Notes under the pieces: model-generated
Seen by the model: only the letters and a program-made list of their open reading frames with translations
The model's database searches: none
Told to the model about the DNA's origin: nothing
DNA from: Oikopleura dioica
Taxonomy: Eukaryota > Animalia > Chordata
DNA length: 64,000 bases
Direction: 5' to 3'
Assembly: GCA_907165135.1 (NCBI GenBank)
Contig: OU015569.1
Location: 3,038,001-3,102,000 of the forward strand
Position numbers and translations under genes: made by a program
In this document: positions 48,900 to 61,470 of the stretch, one piece after another
Layout: each line of letters begins with the position of its first letter
How positions within the stretch are numbered: the stretch's first letter is position 1

Positions 48900-50970
48900 T
48901 ACTAGTTTTCACGAGACCCCTCTGTTTTGCCCAAAACATACCCCCAGGATATGCGCTGGAATTTTTACAATTACGATCAGGCTGCACTTCCACTTGTTGA
49001 TTAGTAATTTATTTATTACCTCATCACTCCACTCGTCCATTCGCGGATTAAAATAGCTGAACTGGATGGACTCGTAGGCCTTGTTGTCTTCATAAGTCCG
49101 CTCGTGAACTTTTCTTGGCACCGTTTTTACCCAGGAGTTATTCTCGTCTGGGTCAGTGACATTTTCTTCTTTGAAATTTGGCCACTTGGCAAATCTGAAC
49201 TTCTCAAAAATGTTCAATGGTCGGACGTGACTGTAGTTCGAAACATCTTGGAGTGTCGAAAGATCTTCGAAGACTTGCTCCTCCTCTTGAACTTGATCGT
49301 TTTCAGCCGTTTTAAGGCCTTTGGAAGAGTTGCCGATTTCCATGCTGCTTTGGCGTTTGGATGGTCCAGCAATGTGGTTAGAGCACCCGGCTTGCATCCA
49401 CGGCTCGAGTGTAACTGGCGTTTGTCGGATCATACCGGTCTTTGAGGCCGAAATACCAGAACGGGAGGGTTGATAATAGCGACTATTGACAAGAGCCTTC
49501 TGTTTCTCCATTCTCTCGTAACGCGCAAGTCGTTCTCTGTGCTCCCTTGCAAGTGGAATATCATCATCTTCGTCGAAAAAGTTCATTCGACGATCTTGAG
49601 TGTTGCCGATCACGGAAAGCTCTGGATCCGGAAGAGCAAATTCCGATGCGCCGTGTTTTTGCCTGGAGACCGATTTCTGCGTTGATTGCTTGTGAATTTT
49701 TTTCCGGAGTTTTTGGTAGAAATTTTCTGTAAGCAGCCCTTCGTGCTTCCCCTGTCAGAATGGGCTGCTCTTTGGGCTTTGCGCGGACGGCAGGAGGGAT
49801 GGAAAAGACGGTTTCGGGAACTGAGCTACTGTAATCCATTTCTGAAGCTTCAACTGGGGCTTTGGCCTTGTCATTTTGCCGTGTCAGGTTGAATTCTGTT
49901 TCTGGTACGCGACTAGTGTATTCCAGATTAGACGGGCCAGCCATGTCGTGCTCACGGAGGTATTCCTCTGCGGTCATTAGCTTCTCATTCGGATCAATAT
50001 CTACCCCGTCATCGTCATCGGTTTCATCTTCGAAAAATGAGTCCGGTGCTAATAGATCCTCTTCAAATCGATCGCTATTAAATCCTTCTTCATTCTCGGA
50101 ATCGTCACTTTCGAACAGCTTCACTTCAGGCTCTTTCTTCTTCTTTTCGACGAAATATTCCTCGATCTTTGGCGGCTCTCCCACGGCGAGGTCCTCCTTC
50201 GGATGATTCGGGTTGTAGATATATTTTTTCAGGTCCAAAAAGTACTCCATTTTGACAAGGGGCACATCTTTCACTCGCAGTGTCTTTTCTGCGAAAAGAT
50301 CGTCGGTTCTTTCGCCTTGGTAGAGCAAGTATTCGTAATCTTCCTCGGTCTCGACGGAGAATTCCTACAGATTGATTCAGCACAAGAGTCAGCAAAAAGA
50401 GATAGAAGGTACCTTGAAGGCGATGAATTGAGGAAGCTGAGGATTAGACGGCGGGAAAGGGCAGTAAAAGAGCAGGGGTTTCCCGGTTATTTGGAATTCT
50501 GTGCTGTAGACTCCAAAAACGATCCCTAACTCGATCGGCTCTGTGTAATTGAAGGAGGATTTGTCCGAGTGATCAGACGAAATCACTTTGCGCCAGTCAG
50601 CTTCGGCATTTAGCCTGACCTTCGACGAATACTTCGATTCATCCTTTTTCAGTGGTTTACAAGACTATGCGTTTCGGCTGTTTTTGCGCTGTAAGCCACT
50701 TTCCTGGATAGACACGACGATTTTCTTGAGAACTTTGTCATGAGAAATGACGATTTTGGCATGTTTCCGCGAGATGGACTTGTCTGCCTTGATAACGAGC
50801 GCGGTCGTGTTCTCACCGAAGTCGATCTGAATTTTATTTGATGAAAAAGATGAAAATAGAGAATCCACTTGATTTCTTACCGCTTGCTTGGCCGGGCGAG
50901 TGATCTGGTAAGTGTGGTCGAAGCGCATCGGAACACGGAGATTTTTTGTCTTGTGCTCAAGCCAAAACAT
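48900..50970 (-). CDS. NBN: Divergent nibrin/NBS1-like protein (FHA-BRCT, acidic linker, C-terminal Mre11/ATM-motif-like region)
   Basis: FHA: YQITRP, DKSISRKHAKI, SIQ|DESKYSS, IVFGVYSTEFQITGKPL. BRCT: EDYEYLL, PLVKMEYFLDLKK, PPKIEEYF. C-terminus: NIFEKFRFAKWP, NNSWV, QFSYFNP. All are collinear with human NBN motifs. The 3' end is approximate. Confidence 0.75.
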
Positions 50971-51777
50971 GTTTGAGCCCAGTTCGATTACTTTTTCTGA
51001 AAGAAATATTTTGAGGATGAGGTCACAGAATAAGAATGAATATTGCAGAGTAACTAGAGAGTTGCTAAGATAACTGTCTTTCACGTAGACCCTGACTTTC
51101 AGCCACACAACAGCGAAAGACCTAAAGGCGTAAGCCCTTGAAAACTGGATATTCTCATAAAGATAAAACTCTTTTTGAATGTAGATAAAGTTAAAAAAGG
51201 CTAGCGTCGTTAGGCATTTTACTAAAATGACTCAAAATAAGTGTGAATCTAAAAAAAAGTTAATTCATCAAATTTAACTATTCTATCGTGAAATTGAAAA
51301 ATATACATGAAATGTTTCCGACTGCGTTGGTACTTAGGTATTATGAGAATCAATTATTATTCCCGGAATAAAAAAGGAATTTATTATTTAAAAAGTATGA
51401 ATTTTTGTTTTGAAATAAGAAAAAAATAATTAACCAGATAATCAATAAACTTTTCTCTCGATTTCTACAAATTCCTAAAATAGAGATAGCTTATGTGACA
51501 GTAAAGAACAGAAGATAAGAGTAGTGGAGTTCCTATTTTTTCCTTTTCGGAGGATTTCTCAGTTGAAAAGGCGCGCGCCGCCCACGCTTTGTCAGAGAAA
51601 GATTTGGCGTTTTCGGCGATTTGGAATTTGGGATTCGCTAATTTGAATTCAAATTTATGTTTTAATTAACCTCCGTAAAATTGCACTCTTGTTCGCTTTT
51701 TATGTCTGAAATTGAAAGTCTCTCTTTTTGAAATTTTCTTCTTTGAAAAACATTAACTCGGAATTGGGAATTCTAGA
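50971..51777. promoter_or_regulatory. Probable bidirectional promoter/outron region between two divergent gene arrays
   Basis: An ~800-nt AT-rich, ORF-poor gap between the NBS1-like ATG (50970, minus) and the RSL1D1 ATG (51778, plus), with a GC-rich island GGCGCGCGCCGCCCACGC near 51570. Position-based inference only. Confidence 0.45.
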
Positions 51778-53348
51778 ATGGAAGCGATCGCGGATCAAGA
51801 TCTCAAAACTGCCATCACAGCCGTCTCCAAACTGATTCAGTTTGAGAACAAGGGACAGCTTCTGAACATCAACTCGGCCGAGAAGATCTTTCTCAAAGTT
51901 CAGATGCACAGAATTCCCAATCTCGGCGGCACTCAAGAATGTACGCTTCTTCTTAAATAAGATATCACGTGATAGAAAATTTAAATTGGAGTAGACACAG
52001 AAAATTGGTCGATTTTTAAATTGAAATTTTTAGTGCGAGTGCGCAACATCCTTCCTAACCGTCTATTTCCCGAGGATGCTTCCACTTGTTTCATCATTAA
52101 AAACACGGACGAGAAAAAGGATGATGAGAACTGCATCGAAAAGACGAAAGAGCTCCTCAAGGAACAGGGAATCACGGGAGACATGTTCATCACTCTCGAT
52201 CAGCTCAAGAAAGAATACAAAGGTTCTGCTTCTCAAAAGATCTTAATTTTCACTTTTTCTCGCCAGGCCACGAATTGAAAAGAAAGCTGGCCCAACAGTT
52301 CGACGTGTTTTTTTCGGACTCTCGAATCGCCCAGCTCGCACTGCCGCATCTCGGCAAAGAGTTCATGTCCCGACGACGAGTGCCCTTCGTCATCCGCATG
52401 GAACGCGTCCACAAAATCAAGCAAGAAGTCGACCTCGTCCTGCGCACCGTCCAATTCATCGTTTCCGGAAAAGGCGACAATGTAAATGTACACTTTGGAC
52501 ACACGCAAATGTCACACGAGCAGCTCATTGAAAACATCAAGGTAAAATACCAAAACTTAAAAACTTCATTTGTCTTTCTAGAGCTTGATCGAAAAATTAG
52601 GCGAACTGATCCCTCGTGGCGTCAAGAACATCAAGTGTCTCCATGTTCAGGTATTTCGGACGTTCTCTGGTCCGATTAAGATCGATTTTAGGGCACGAAT
52701 ACGAAGGCAATTCCTATTTACCGCTGCAACAAAATGGACCCATCAGTGAACGAACCATCGGGAATTGAGCTCGAGCGACAGAACATGCAGAAACAGCTGA
52801 AGGAGATGATGTCCGATGTTCAAATAAAGCAGAAGAAGAGATCAAAGGAACGGTCCTCTCTAATTGATCAAGAGAAGGTAGCATCTCAGGTTTTACGTGA
52901 TGGGAGAAACTTTTTGTTGTTAATAAGCAAGGGTGATCATGACGTAAATCACAATTATGCTTATATTTTCTTATCGATGCACTATTGTTGATTACATTTT
53001 TACAAAGTCTAAAATTGATGCGGAGTTATTGTGTTCGGACCCTTTAATCAGATGCCGAAAAAAGAAAAGAACAAGCAAAAGAGGAAGACGGAGGAAAAGG
53101 CTCAAGAAGAAAAGGAAAATGAACAACCTGAATCAGCTCCCGTGAAAAAAGAAAAGAAGAAGAAGGCTGTCGAAGCTGAAGAGCCAGAGCCTGTCAAAGA
53201 AGAGGCGAAAAAGAAAGCGAAGAAGGGCAAGAAAGAAGCGGAAAAGGTGGAAAAGAAAGTTGCAGAAAAAGTGGAATCGAAACCGGAACTTGGAAAACGC
53301 CGAGCATCGACAAGAAGCCAGAAGGCCAAACGAGCGAAGATCGAGTAG
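51778..53348 (+). CDS. RSL1D1: Ribosomal L1 domain-containing protein 1 (Cic1/Utp30 family)
   Basis: ITLDQLKKEYK|GHELKRKLAQQFDVFFSDSRI, LPHLGKEFMSRRRVP, SGKGDNVNVHFGHTQMSHEQLIENIK, IPRGVKNIKCLHV and a Lys/Glu-rich tail. Confidence 0.88.
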
Positions 53349-53455
53349 TTTAGCGTCTGAAATTGAACTATTTTTAATAACTTATTAATTAAAATTTGTC
53401 GGACGCTCCTCCTCAACCGTTTGCGTAAGCTGTATCGCTTTTAGAATGATCAAGA

Positions 53456-56400
53456 ATGGGTATGACGAGTAAAACGACTAGTAGTGTGCCGCCAACGCGC
53501 GAGAAAGACGCGTTCGCTGGCTTCCACTACGACGATCTAAATGATTTTGATAATGAATATAAATCGGCGCTGGGCGATTGGGAGGATTTTCCAACCCGCA
53601 AATTCAAGGTAAAGCCCCTTCTTCTTTCTTCTATCCGTACCTCAATTTATAGGCACGAGGAATCATCACGTGCTTGTGTTTGAATATCGACGTGGACCCA
53701 GAAGACTGGCGAGAAGATCTCGCAAAAGATGTGCCCGTCGCTAGAAGAGAGGGAACTATAAATGCTTGGGATGTAAATGACAACTTTGACAATGAACTCC
53801 CTCCTCAAGGTATTTCTTCTTCTATACCAGAACTAGAATCTGGTTAACACTTGTCAACCCTGTTTAGACGTTATCTACCGCAACATCCAGGACACAATCA
53901 AATCGAACTTCATCGAGCTCGCCCCTCGCGTCCTCCAAACCAACACCTTTAACTGGAAACAACTCCACCACAGCGATGCCTACAAGCAGAAGATCTTTCA
54001 AAACATCGACAACATGGTTCGCATCACGCAATCGCGCATGGGCCGTGCCGAAGACCAACCTCTCATTTGTTTTCACTACAATGGACACGATGTGCCCAGA
54101 CCAACGGAAAACGGAGAAATTTGGGTGTTTAGTCGACAAATGACACAGGTACATACTTAACGGTAGACTTCGTGTGACCGTCACATTATTAAATCTATTA
54201 GAAAAGTCTTGGCTCAAGCAATCTTTAGTATCACCCACTAAACGTCCCAGAAGAACTGGCCTCCAAGATCGGCAGCGGCATCTACATCTGGGACTGCTGT
54301 AATGCCGGCCTGATCATCGAAAAGTTTAACAAAAAATACACGGGCAATGGTACCAATTTCCACTTTGCCGCGTGCGGCCGTGACGAATTCCGACCGATCA
54401 AGAGAAACATTTCCGCGGACATCTTCACCGCATGCCTCACAAATCCGATCAAGACGACGCTCAAGTGGGCTCTAGGGCGCGATATTGCAAAAATCATTTG
54501 CCCAGATATTCAACCCATCATGATCGACAGATACCTTCCTGACTGGTATTCTAAGATAATCTGCTTTTCTTGCTAAAACACTCTTTTCTAGCGACTTTGG
54601 CGAAAGAAAAGACCGAAAAACACTTCACGGCGAGCTCGGCTGGATCATGACCGGCTTGTTAGAATCAATCGCCTGGGACTCTATGGCCAAGTCCGAGCTA
54701 AAGTCCTGTCGAAAGGCCTTCAAGCTGTTCCACGACGGATTTCGCTGCGACTCGCTTCTGTCCGGTCTTTATCGAAATTTTCTTATAGCAGATAGAATTA
54801 TGCGCTCTTACGGGTGCAATCCAGAATGCTCTCCAGAGCTACCAAAGGTAATTGAACTAATTGAAGGATTGTGATAAAGCTAAACTTGCTTTCAGAATAT
54901 GCATACTCATCCCATGTGGAAAATGTGGGATTCAACAGTGGACCGTGCTCTCACTCAACTTCAACGGAATCTAAAACCTGACCCCCTCGTCGATGCTCAA
55001 TGCCAAAGCTGCTTCTTCCCTACCTGTAATTAGAAAGACTTATTCTGATTACCATTTTTGATGCCCTTTTTAGTAAAGGAAACTCACCTGGAGTTCTACG
55101 ACCAGTGCCTTAACTCATTCGAAAATCTCATTCAACTGCCTGTATATAAACGCGATGTGGTCGACAAGCCTCCCATCTACTTACCTCTCGCCCTTCAGTC
55201 TATTCTCGAGCAAGCGCCGCGAATTAAAGCTCTCAGCCTCTTTGCTCGCTATATGGACACTTGCCCTAGTGCCATTTACAACACCCTCGCTGCTGGTCTC
55301 AATCAAGGTCAGTTCTGGCGAGTTTTCAGGAATTTTGAGTTGGTTACTTTTAGAACAAAACTCATATTTGATGCGTTTACTCGACGGGCTTGCGTACAGC
55401 AAGCAGCCGCACTTCTGGATGGTGTTTATTTGGACGAAACTGATTGTCTTCCAGAACAAAGTTGTTGGGAACCTATGGCGCCCACGTGACCAGAAAGACA
55501 AGAAGAATAAGTCTTTCATTGTACCGATGGAGTACTTTTTCAAGTTCTGTTTGATCCCGCTCGCGAAACACTGATACGAGCCATGGTAAATTACCTTTCC
55601 TTTCTTCCTTAACTAAATTTTACCCAAGTCGGCGTTCGTTATTGCTCGAATTTGCGAGGAAAAGGGCACTCTCACCGATCCTGACCACTCGGCCCAACAC
55701 GACGTCTACAGCATGTTTACCAAGAACCAAAACTCAAACAACGGTCTTCCATCTCCTGACTATCTCTATAATCTTCCGCTTTTCCTCCTCAACGACGATG
55801 GCTACCCGCCGAACACGGGCGATCCCTTGTTACGCAAATGGCTCCTTATCCTTACTGGCCGTATTTGGGAAGATTACCCTTACGCTTTTCAACGAGCCTT
55901 TAGAGGCGACTACGTCGAGCCCATTATCATGGATTTCCTGCGTGAAGACAAAGATCCACTTGGTTCGAATCTGATTGTCCAGCTCATCTTATTTCTTCTT
56001 TTTAGTTCGCGCTGCAGCTGTTTACGCGATTGGAACTTACATTGGCTGTCGGATAGACAACGAAGACGGCCGATCGGACCGAGAAAGCCACCACGACAAG
56101 ACGGATCCGATTCACAAGCTTACTCTCATTGCTGCGGAGCTCTCGAACTCGCGATATACTGACGATGCTTGCTGGCTTGTTCGCAAAGAAATTGTGTGCA
56201 GCTTGCAGTTATTCGTGGCTCGATACTACGACAAGTTGAGTAAAGACTTTCATAAATTGGTGAACAATACCTCTGGCAAGCGACGTGTCTCAATCGGCAC
56301 AATCAACAGTAGAATGCATAATCGTGGATCACGACCTGGTAGCACTCACTCTTCTCCACAAAAGGTAAGCATTGATTTTCCGAAATTCAGCGATATCAGA

Positions 56401-58707
56401 GGTTAGGAACACCCTTAAATATACTTGATTTTCAGCCACAGCAAAGTGTATCTGCTGATCACATCACTGCTGCCCGCACACCACCTAACCCTCCGGTGGA
56501 GAAAACACCGATCCAGTACTTCGAAGAGCTCTCAACCGGTGTTTTCTTAATTGAAAACCCCATTCATAACATTGCTCTCGCCATTCTGAAGCTCGCCATG
56601 GATCCGCACACGTAAAAATTTATATCGAAGTCCACATTTGACCATGATTTTCAGCGAGGTCGCTAGGGATGCAAAACATCTCTTCGACATTGTTTTCAAG
56701 CAAGTCGGCAGGCGAAAAAACTCCGGACACAGCAGTCACGTGCGATCGAACAGCGCGCACTTGGAAATTATACCGAGTCATTCTCGTCAAAACAGCGCGA
56801 ACTTGGAACGCGTTCGAGAGGATTCCAACGACTCGAGTGGGAGTCAATCGTCGTGTCATTCAAGCGGCATTCAAAGGGCCGCGCAAATTCATGTTAAAAA
56901 GTCAACCTTCTTCAAATATGCCTCGAAAGACTGGCTTCGAAGTCAACTTAAGCAAGAGCCCGTAATACCGCTCAATCTTTATGTCAACACTCAAAAAGCA
57001 ACGCAGCGACAGCATGGTTAGATATTATCAACCCATCCTCTTTTCATCCTCCTTTTTCAGACCTAGACCGCGCCCATGAACTCTCCGAAGACGCTCGAAA
57101 CGAGCAGCGAAATCGTTCGCGCTCGAAGCCCCAAAATCGCGACGAGCAAAGTGCACAAGCAACTCACATATTCAACGCTGCCAAAACGCACAACAAACGC
57201 ATCCTAGAACGATCGAAGACGATCTTCTCAGGCTCTGAAGTCAGCGATCTTCGTCAAATGGTACACTTTGGCGAGGTTGATGAGAAGATTTCTTCGATGA
57301 TGTTTGTTCCTTACAACGAAGCGTTGATTGCAACTGGACAGTCGGGAATTCATCTCATAGATTTCGCGTACTTGCCTTTCGACATTCAAGGTACCCATCA
57401 TTTTATCTAACTCAAAAGAAAGCTGAATCCTTTATCGAGTTTATCTGAAGCTCGATACTTCGAACAACACTTTTTTAAGAATAATAAGTCCCCTTAGGAC
57501 CCCCTATATTTTGAATTGAAATTTTCATAGATGGCGACACCCGAAACGCTCAAAGCCGAATAATAGCGACGGACAAGGGTGTACATCTCACTTCAATGGC
57601 AATCATGAACCAAGTAAGAATCAAATCTCGTTGACAACTGATAACCTTTCATTCAGGGAACTTCGCCGATTGTAGTAGCTTCATCGACCGATGGTTGTGT
57701 CAAGTTGCGCAAGTTGAGACGAAGCCTGGAAGGACGGCTAGAAATTCAAGACTCAATCCTTACCTCGTGGAGGGTCGCACCGGTTGGTCGGAGGCAAGAG
57801 ATCAAACTTGCTTGGGACGAAAGCTACCTCGCATGTTCCTTCCAAGAGCGCAACACTGCAGGTAAGCTACTTAGTAGTAGCTAGTCTAGCTAATATTTAG
57901 ATCAAAAATTTATCAACAATTTTCCTAGTTGTGACTCTATGGGATGGTGAACAAGAGCGCCGGGTCCATCGAGTAGCCCCAGTTGCGCTAGAAAATCGAG
58001 AAGTAACCTGCTTTGCAATCATGGGCGACTTTGGCCTCAAGTGTGAAGACTTGCTTTGCGGCACCGATGATGGTGGAATCTGGAAGATCGACACAAGAAG
58101 CGGCCGCTTCCTCACAGCGAAGTTCGGCGATCGAATGCAAAGCAGAGCAAAGGGCCACAAAGTCGTTGGCATGGACACAAGTCACGATAAAGTAATGGCT
58201 GGCTACGCCGATGGCACGGTGAAAGTTTGGGATGTTCGGTAAGATAGAGTAGAGTTGAAATTTTCAGCCTTTCATTCTTTCTTTAGAAAAATGTCGAAAG
58301 AGCTGGAAAAGCTGAAATTCGGAAAGAGCGATAATTCGAAGTCTGAGTGTTGCCAGGCCTTCGCTGGATCGCTAAAGTATAACTATTTCGCGCACAATCT
58401 GCGCGCGGATCTATTCGTCCGTCGCAAATCGCACCAAGAGTAAGAACACCTTGACCACCAAATCTAACAAGGATTGTTTAGAGCGAGGGAGTCTTCGCTT
58501 CTCTTGGACCCTATTTATTCGTTTAAAAGTTCATCTGCCGCTCGGATGTTTATGAGCAAGCCGGATCCGAAGATCCTGCACCCGACATCACTCGCTACCC
58601 ATCCGTTCAACCCTTTTCTCGCAGTTGCTACGCGTCCCGGAGAATCCGGCGACTTTAATCCTGGAGTGATCTCTGTCTGGATGCCCAAGAATAAAAAATA
58701 TTCATGA
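53456..58707 (+). CDS. RPTOR: Regulatory-associated protein of mTOR (Raptor), divergent
   Basis: RNC domain: [88 protein letters not shown]. Also [12 protein letters not shown], an armadillo region ([26 protein letters not shown]) and C-terminal WD40 exons ([26 protein letters not shown]). Confidence 0.92.
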
Positions 58708-58930
58708 CGATTATTACTAAAACTCAATATTATTATTAGACAATATTATTTCTTATTTCGCCACGTTCTTATATGCGCCTGTTCTGTTCACTGCCAAAAT
58801 CGAGCAACTCAAGAGTGCTCGATTGCTATTTTCAACATTTTCAAACATTTTTCAAAATCTCAACAAAATATAATGTGCCTAACTTTTTTACTTGAAACTT
58901 AGATTTTTCAATAAAAAAGACTTATAAGAA

Positions 58931-61149
58931 ATGGCATTCGATCGATTCCCCGGTCCCGGATTCGGGTTAGAACGAAGGCCTCCTCCTCGCAGATTCACAC
59001 CCCCGGGGCCACATGACCACGAAGATTTCGTGATTAAACAACAACTCAAAGCCGGGAAGTTATTTCAACAAGACTCCTGCGCTCTGTGTCTGTTTTTCGA
59101 GGAGACAAATACGGCGGCTTTTACGTGCGATAAAGACGGCGGAGGGAGAAAGTTCTACTGCGCTAAGCATGTGAAAAAGATTCCGGAACACAACAGGGAA
59201 CATAAAAACTACCATGCGCCAATGACGATATATCCGCATCCGACGATGAAGCGAAAGGAGTTTGACGATATTCTGGACAAGAATATTGATGATACAGAGG
59301 TAAACGCTTGTTTTCCATCTTTTGCTATTTGCTACTGTAGCTTTTGGCCGACTGTATGATCGAAGAGCTCAACATCCACAAAGCGGCGATGATCAAGTCA
59401 GTCCACGATCGAGCAAAAGCGATGCGGGAGCATTGGGCGAGAGCGATGCTCATTCAAGAAGGCGTAGTCAAAGCCAGCTCCGAGCGGAACAGTGAAGAAC
59501 GAAAAAAAAGAATAATGGCCGTGCAGCAACGCTATGACCTGATTAAACAGCCGCTTGAGGACTTTCGCAGTGGCAAACTAACTGATGAGTTCGACTTTAA
59601 ACGTGCTGCGCTTAAAACCATCGACTACAGTAAGTTCACCTGCTATTGATAAGTTGTGATTTAAAATCCTCTTCAGTTCAAAAATGTAAAATCGCGCATC
59701 CACTATCTACGGAAGTTGGCATCGCACCTGGTGGAAAATATTACGACGCCTTTGGCCCAACTCCGATGCTTTTCTCTTGGGCAAAGGTCGATGCGATCAA
59801 TTGCCACTGGCGCGATCTCTCCGCCGCCAAGCTCGTTTACGTCGAGCCAAACGAGATGCCAAAGTGGAACCTTCGCGATTTTCCTGTCATCACTGTCGAG
59901 CATCCTGATAGAGCAAAGCTCGGTGTTGCGATGATCGCGGCTATTTCTTTGCGAGCACGAGTGCTGATTGAATGTGGTTTTATCCGACCCTACGAGAACA
60001 TGGATCAAATAAGGGAGTTGGCGCAGAAATCAGCGGCTAATCAAAAGACACTTGCGGTGATTTACCGAAACGATACTGACGATAGTCTTCACCGAATGGC
60101 TCTTCGCTACTTGTCACGTGAGCCCTTTCTCCCTTCTTCTTCCTCATTCTCCCTTAGCTACGTTCAAAGATACGCGAGAAACTCTGGCTTTGCAGATATT
60201 CTTCGAGCTGATCGACGAAGAAATGAATGTAAAAGACGTCGTTTCCCTGATCAGAGAGGAATTCCGCGCCCCGGGTCTCGAGTATCAACTTCGAAAGAAC
60301 TACCGAGGCATAACTCTCAACACTTTCATCATCTTCCCTCAAGATGAACTGGAGCTAAAATTCATTAAAAAAGCACTTGATAGCGATCCTTATTTATTCA
60401 AGCGAGATGGAGTCGCAAAGGTTGAAGGTAGATTCATATTTTCGCATATATTTCGGACTTTGAATTTATTTTAGTAAAGAGCAAATCGAACTTCATTCTG
60501 ACCGACTTGGACGACCCAAACAATCCACCTGTTATCATCACAGAGCAGCGACTCAAGGATAAAAATTTTCTCGAGTGCCCGGACGATCTGCAAGTGTCGA
60601 TGGCGATGCCAGCGATGGTGATTGAGTGTTGGTTTGATTTGGCGCATCCGACCGGTGGCGAGAAAAACTACGATCCTATCATCAAGCAAATGTTAATCAT
60701 GTCTAGTCTACATGAGATCCGACTGGAGGTCAACCAGATGACCAAACCTCTTAAGATCTCGCTTGAGAAGCCTTGCGACTATGAACGAATGCCTTGGGTT
60801 TGGCTTTGCGCGGCAAAGGTAAGAAAACATGTTATAAATGACTTTCCATAAGAATTTTTCGGTCAAAAAAATTTTTTCTGAGTTATCACCATATTCTGAA
60901 AGCCCGTGTCAGAATTAGTAGAATCCCCAAATTCTATCACTTGATGACGTCACGATGTAACTGATGATTGAAGGTCCAGTTTTAACTCTTCTTTTCCATT
61001 AGGTCAGGGGAAAATCAATCGAAGAAGAGTTGGACGCGATGTGGAAAAAGCGAATATACGGGTTTGCCGCAATTGACGAAGAAAGAGCTGACTGTCTTGA
61101 TAGACGCGAATATGATTCGTATTCGTCCTCAGAATATTCTGATTATTAG
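58931..61149 (+). CDS. Uncharacterised protein with an N-terminal B-box-like Zn finger and coiled coil
   Basis: CALC...AAFTCD.....FYCAKH......H..H, followed by a helical heptad-rich exon (59344-59630) and long ORFs 59646-60840. The last exon ends ...SSEYSDY* at 61149. Confidence 0.7.
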
Positions 61150-61322
61150 AACTAGCCTCGTCAGTAGGTGCCGTTCTCTCTTCGGGATCTTTGACCTCAT
61201 AATGTACATTTATTTTAAATTACTAAACTCACTGCGAAACAGCTCTAGGTTTTCCTAGTATACTGTATACTATCAAAACTAGCCTTATCACAATTACTAT
61301 CACATTCTTCGTTTATTGCCTT

Positions 61323-61411
61323 TTTCAAGTCCAATAGCAAAATCGCTATTTAAATAGTAAGTTTCAAGTTCAATAGCAAAATCGCTATTTAAATAGTAAG
61401 TTTCAAGTTCA
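61323..61411. repeat. 39-bp tandem duplication (2.3 copies) in the intergenic spacer before NMD3
   Basis: TTTCAAGT(C/T)CAATAGCAAAATCGCTATTTAAATAGTAAG starts at 61323 and 61362, with a partial copy at 61401. Confidence 0.9.
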
Positions 61412-61470
61412 GTAAAACTGGAAAAAGCTGTACAACTGCCGATTCACTATCAATTTTCTATTCTAGTAGA

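Noticed and set aside
54905-54916. ACTCATCCCAT, matching the 5' end of the Oikopleura spliced leader as I recall it; similar short matches on the minus strand near 16607 and 27983
   Set aside because: Only 9-11 nt match and the rest of the leader is absent. The 54905 hit encodes the conserved Raptor HPMW motif. Not an SL RNA gene.
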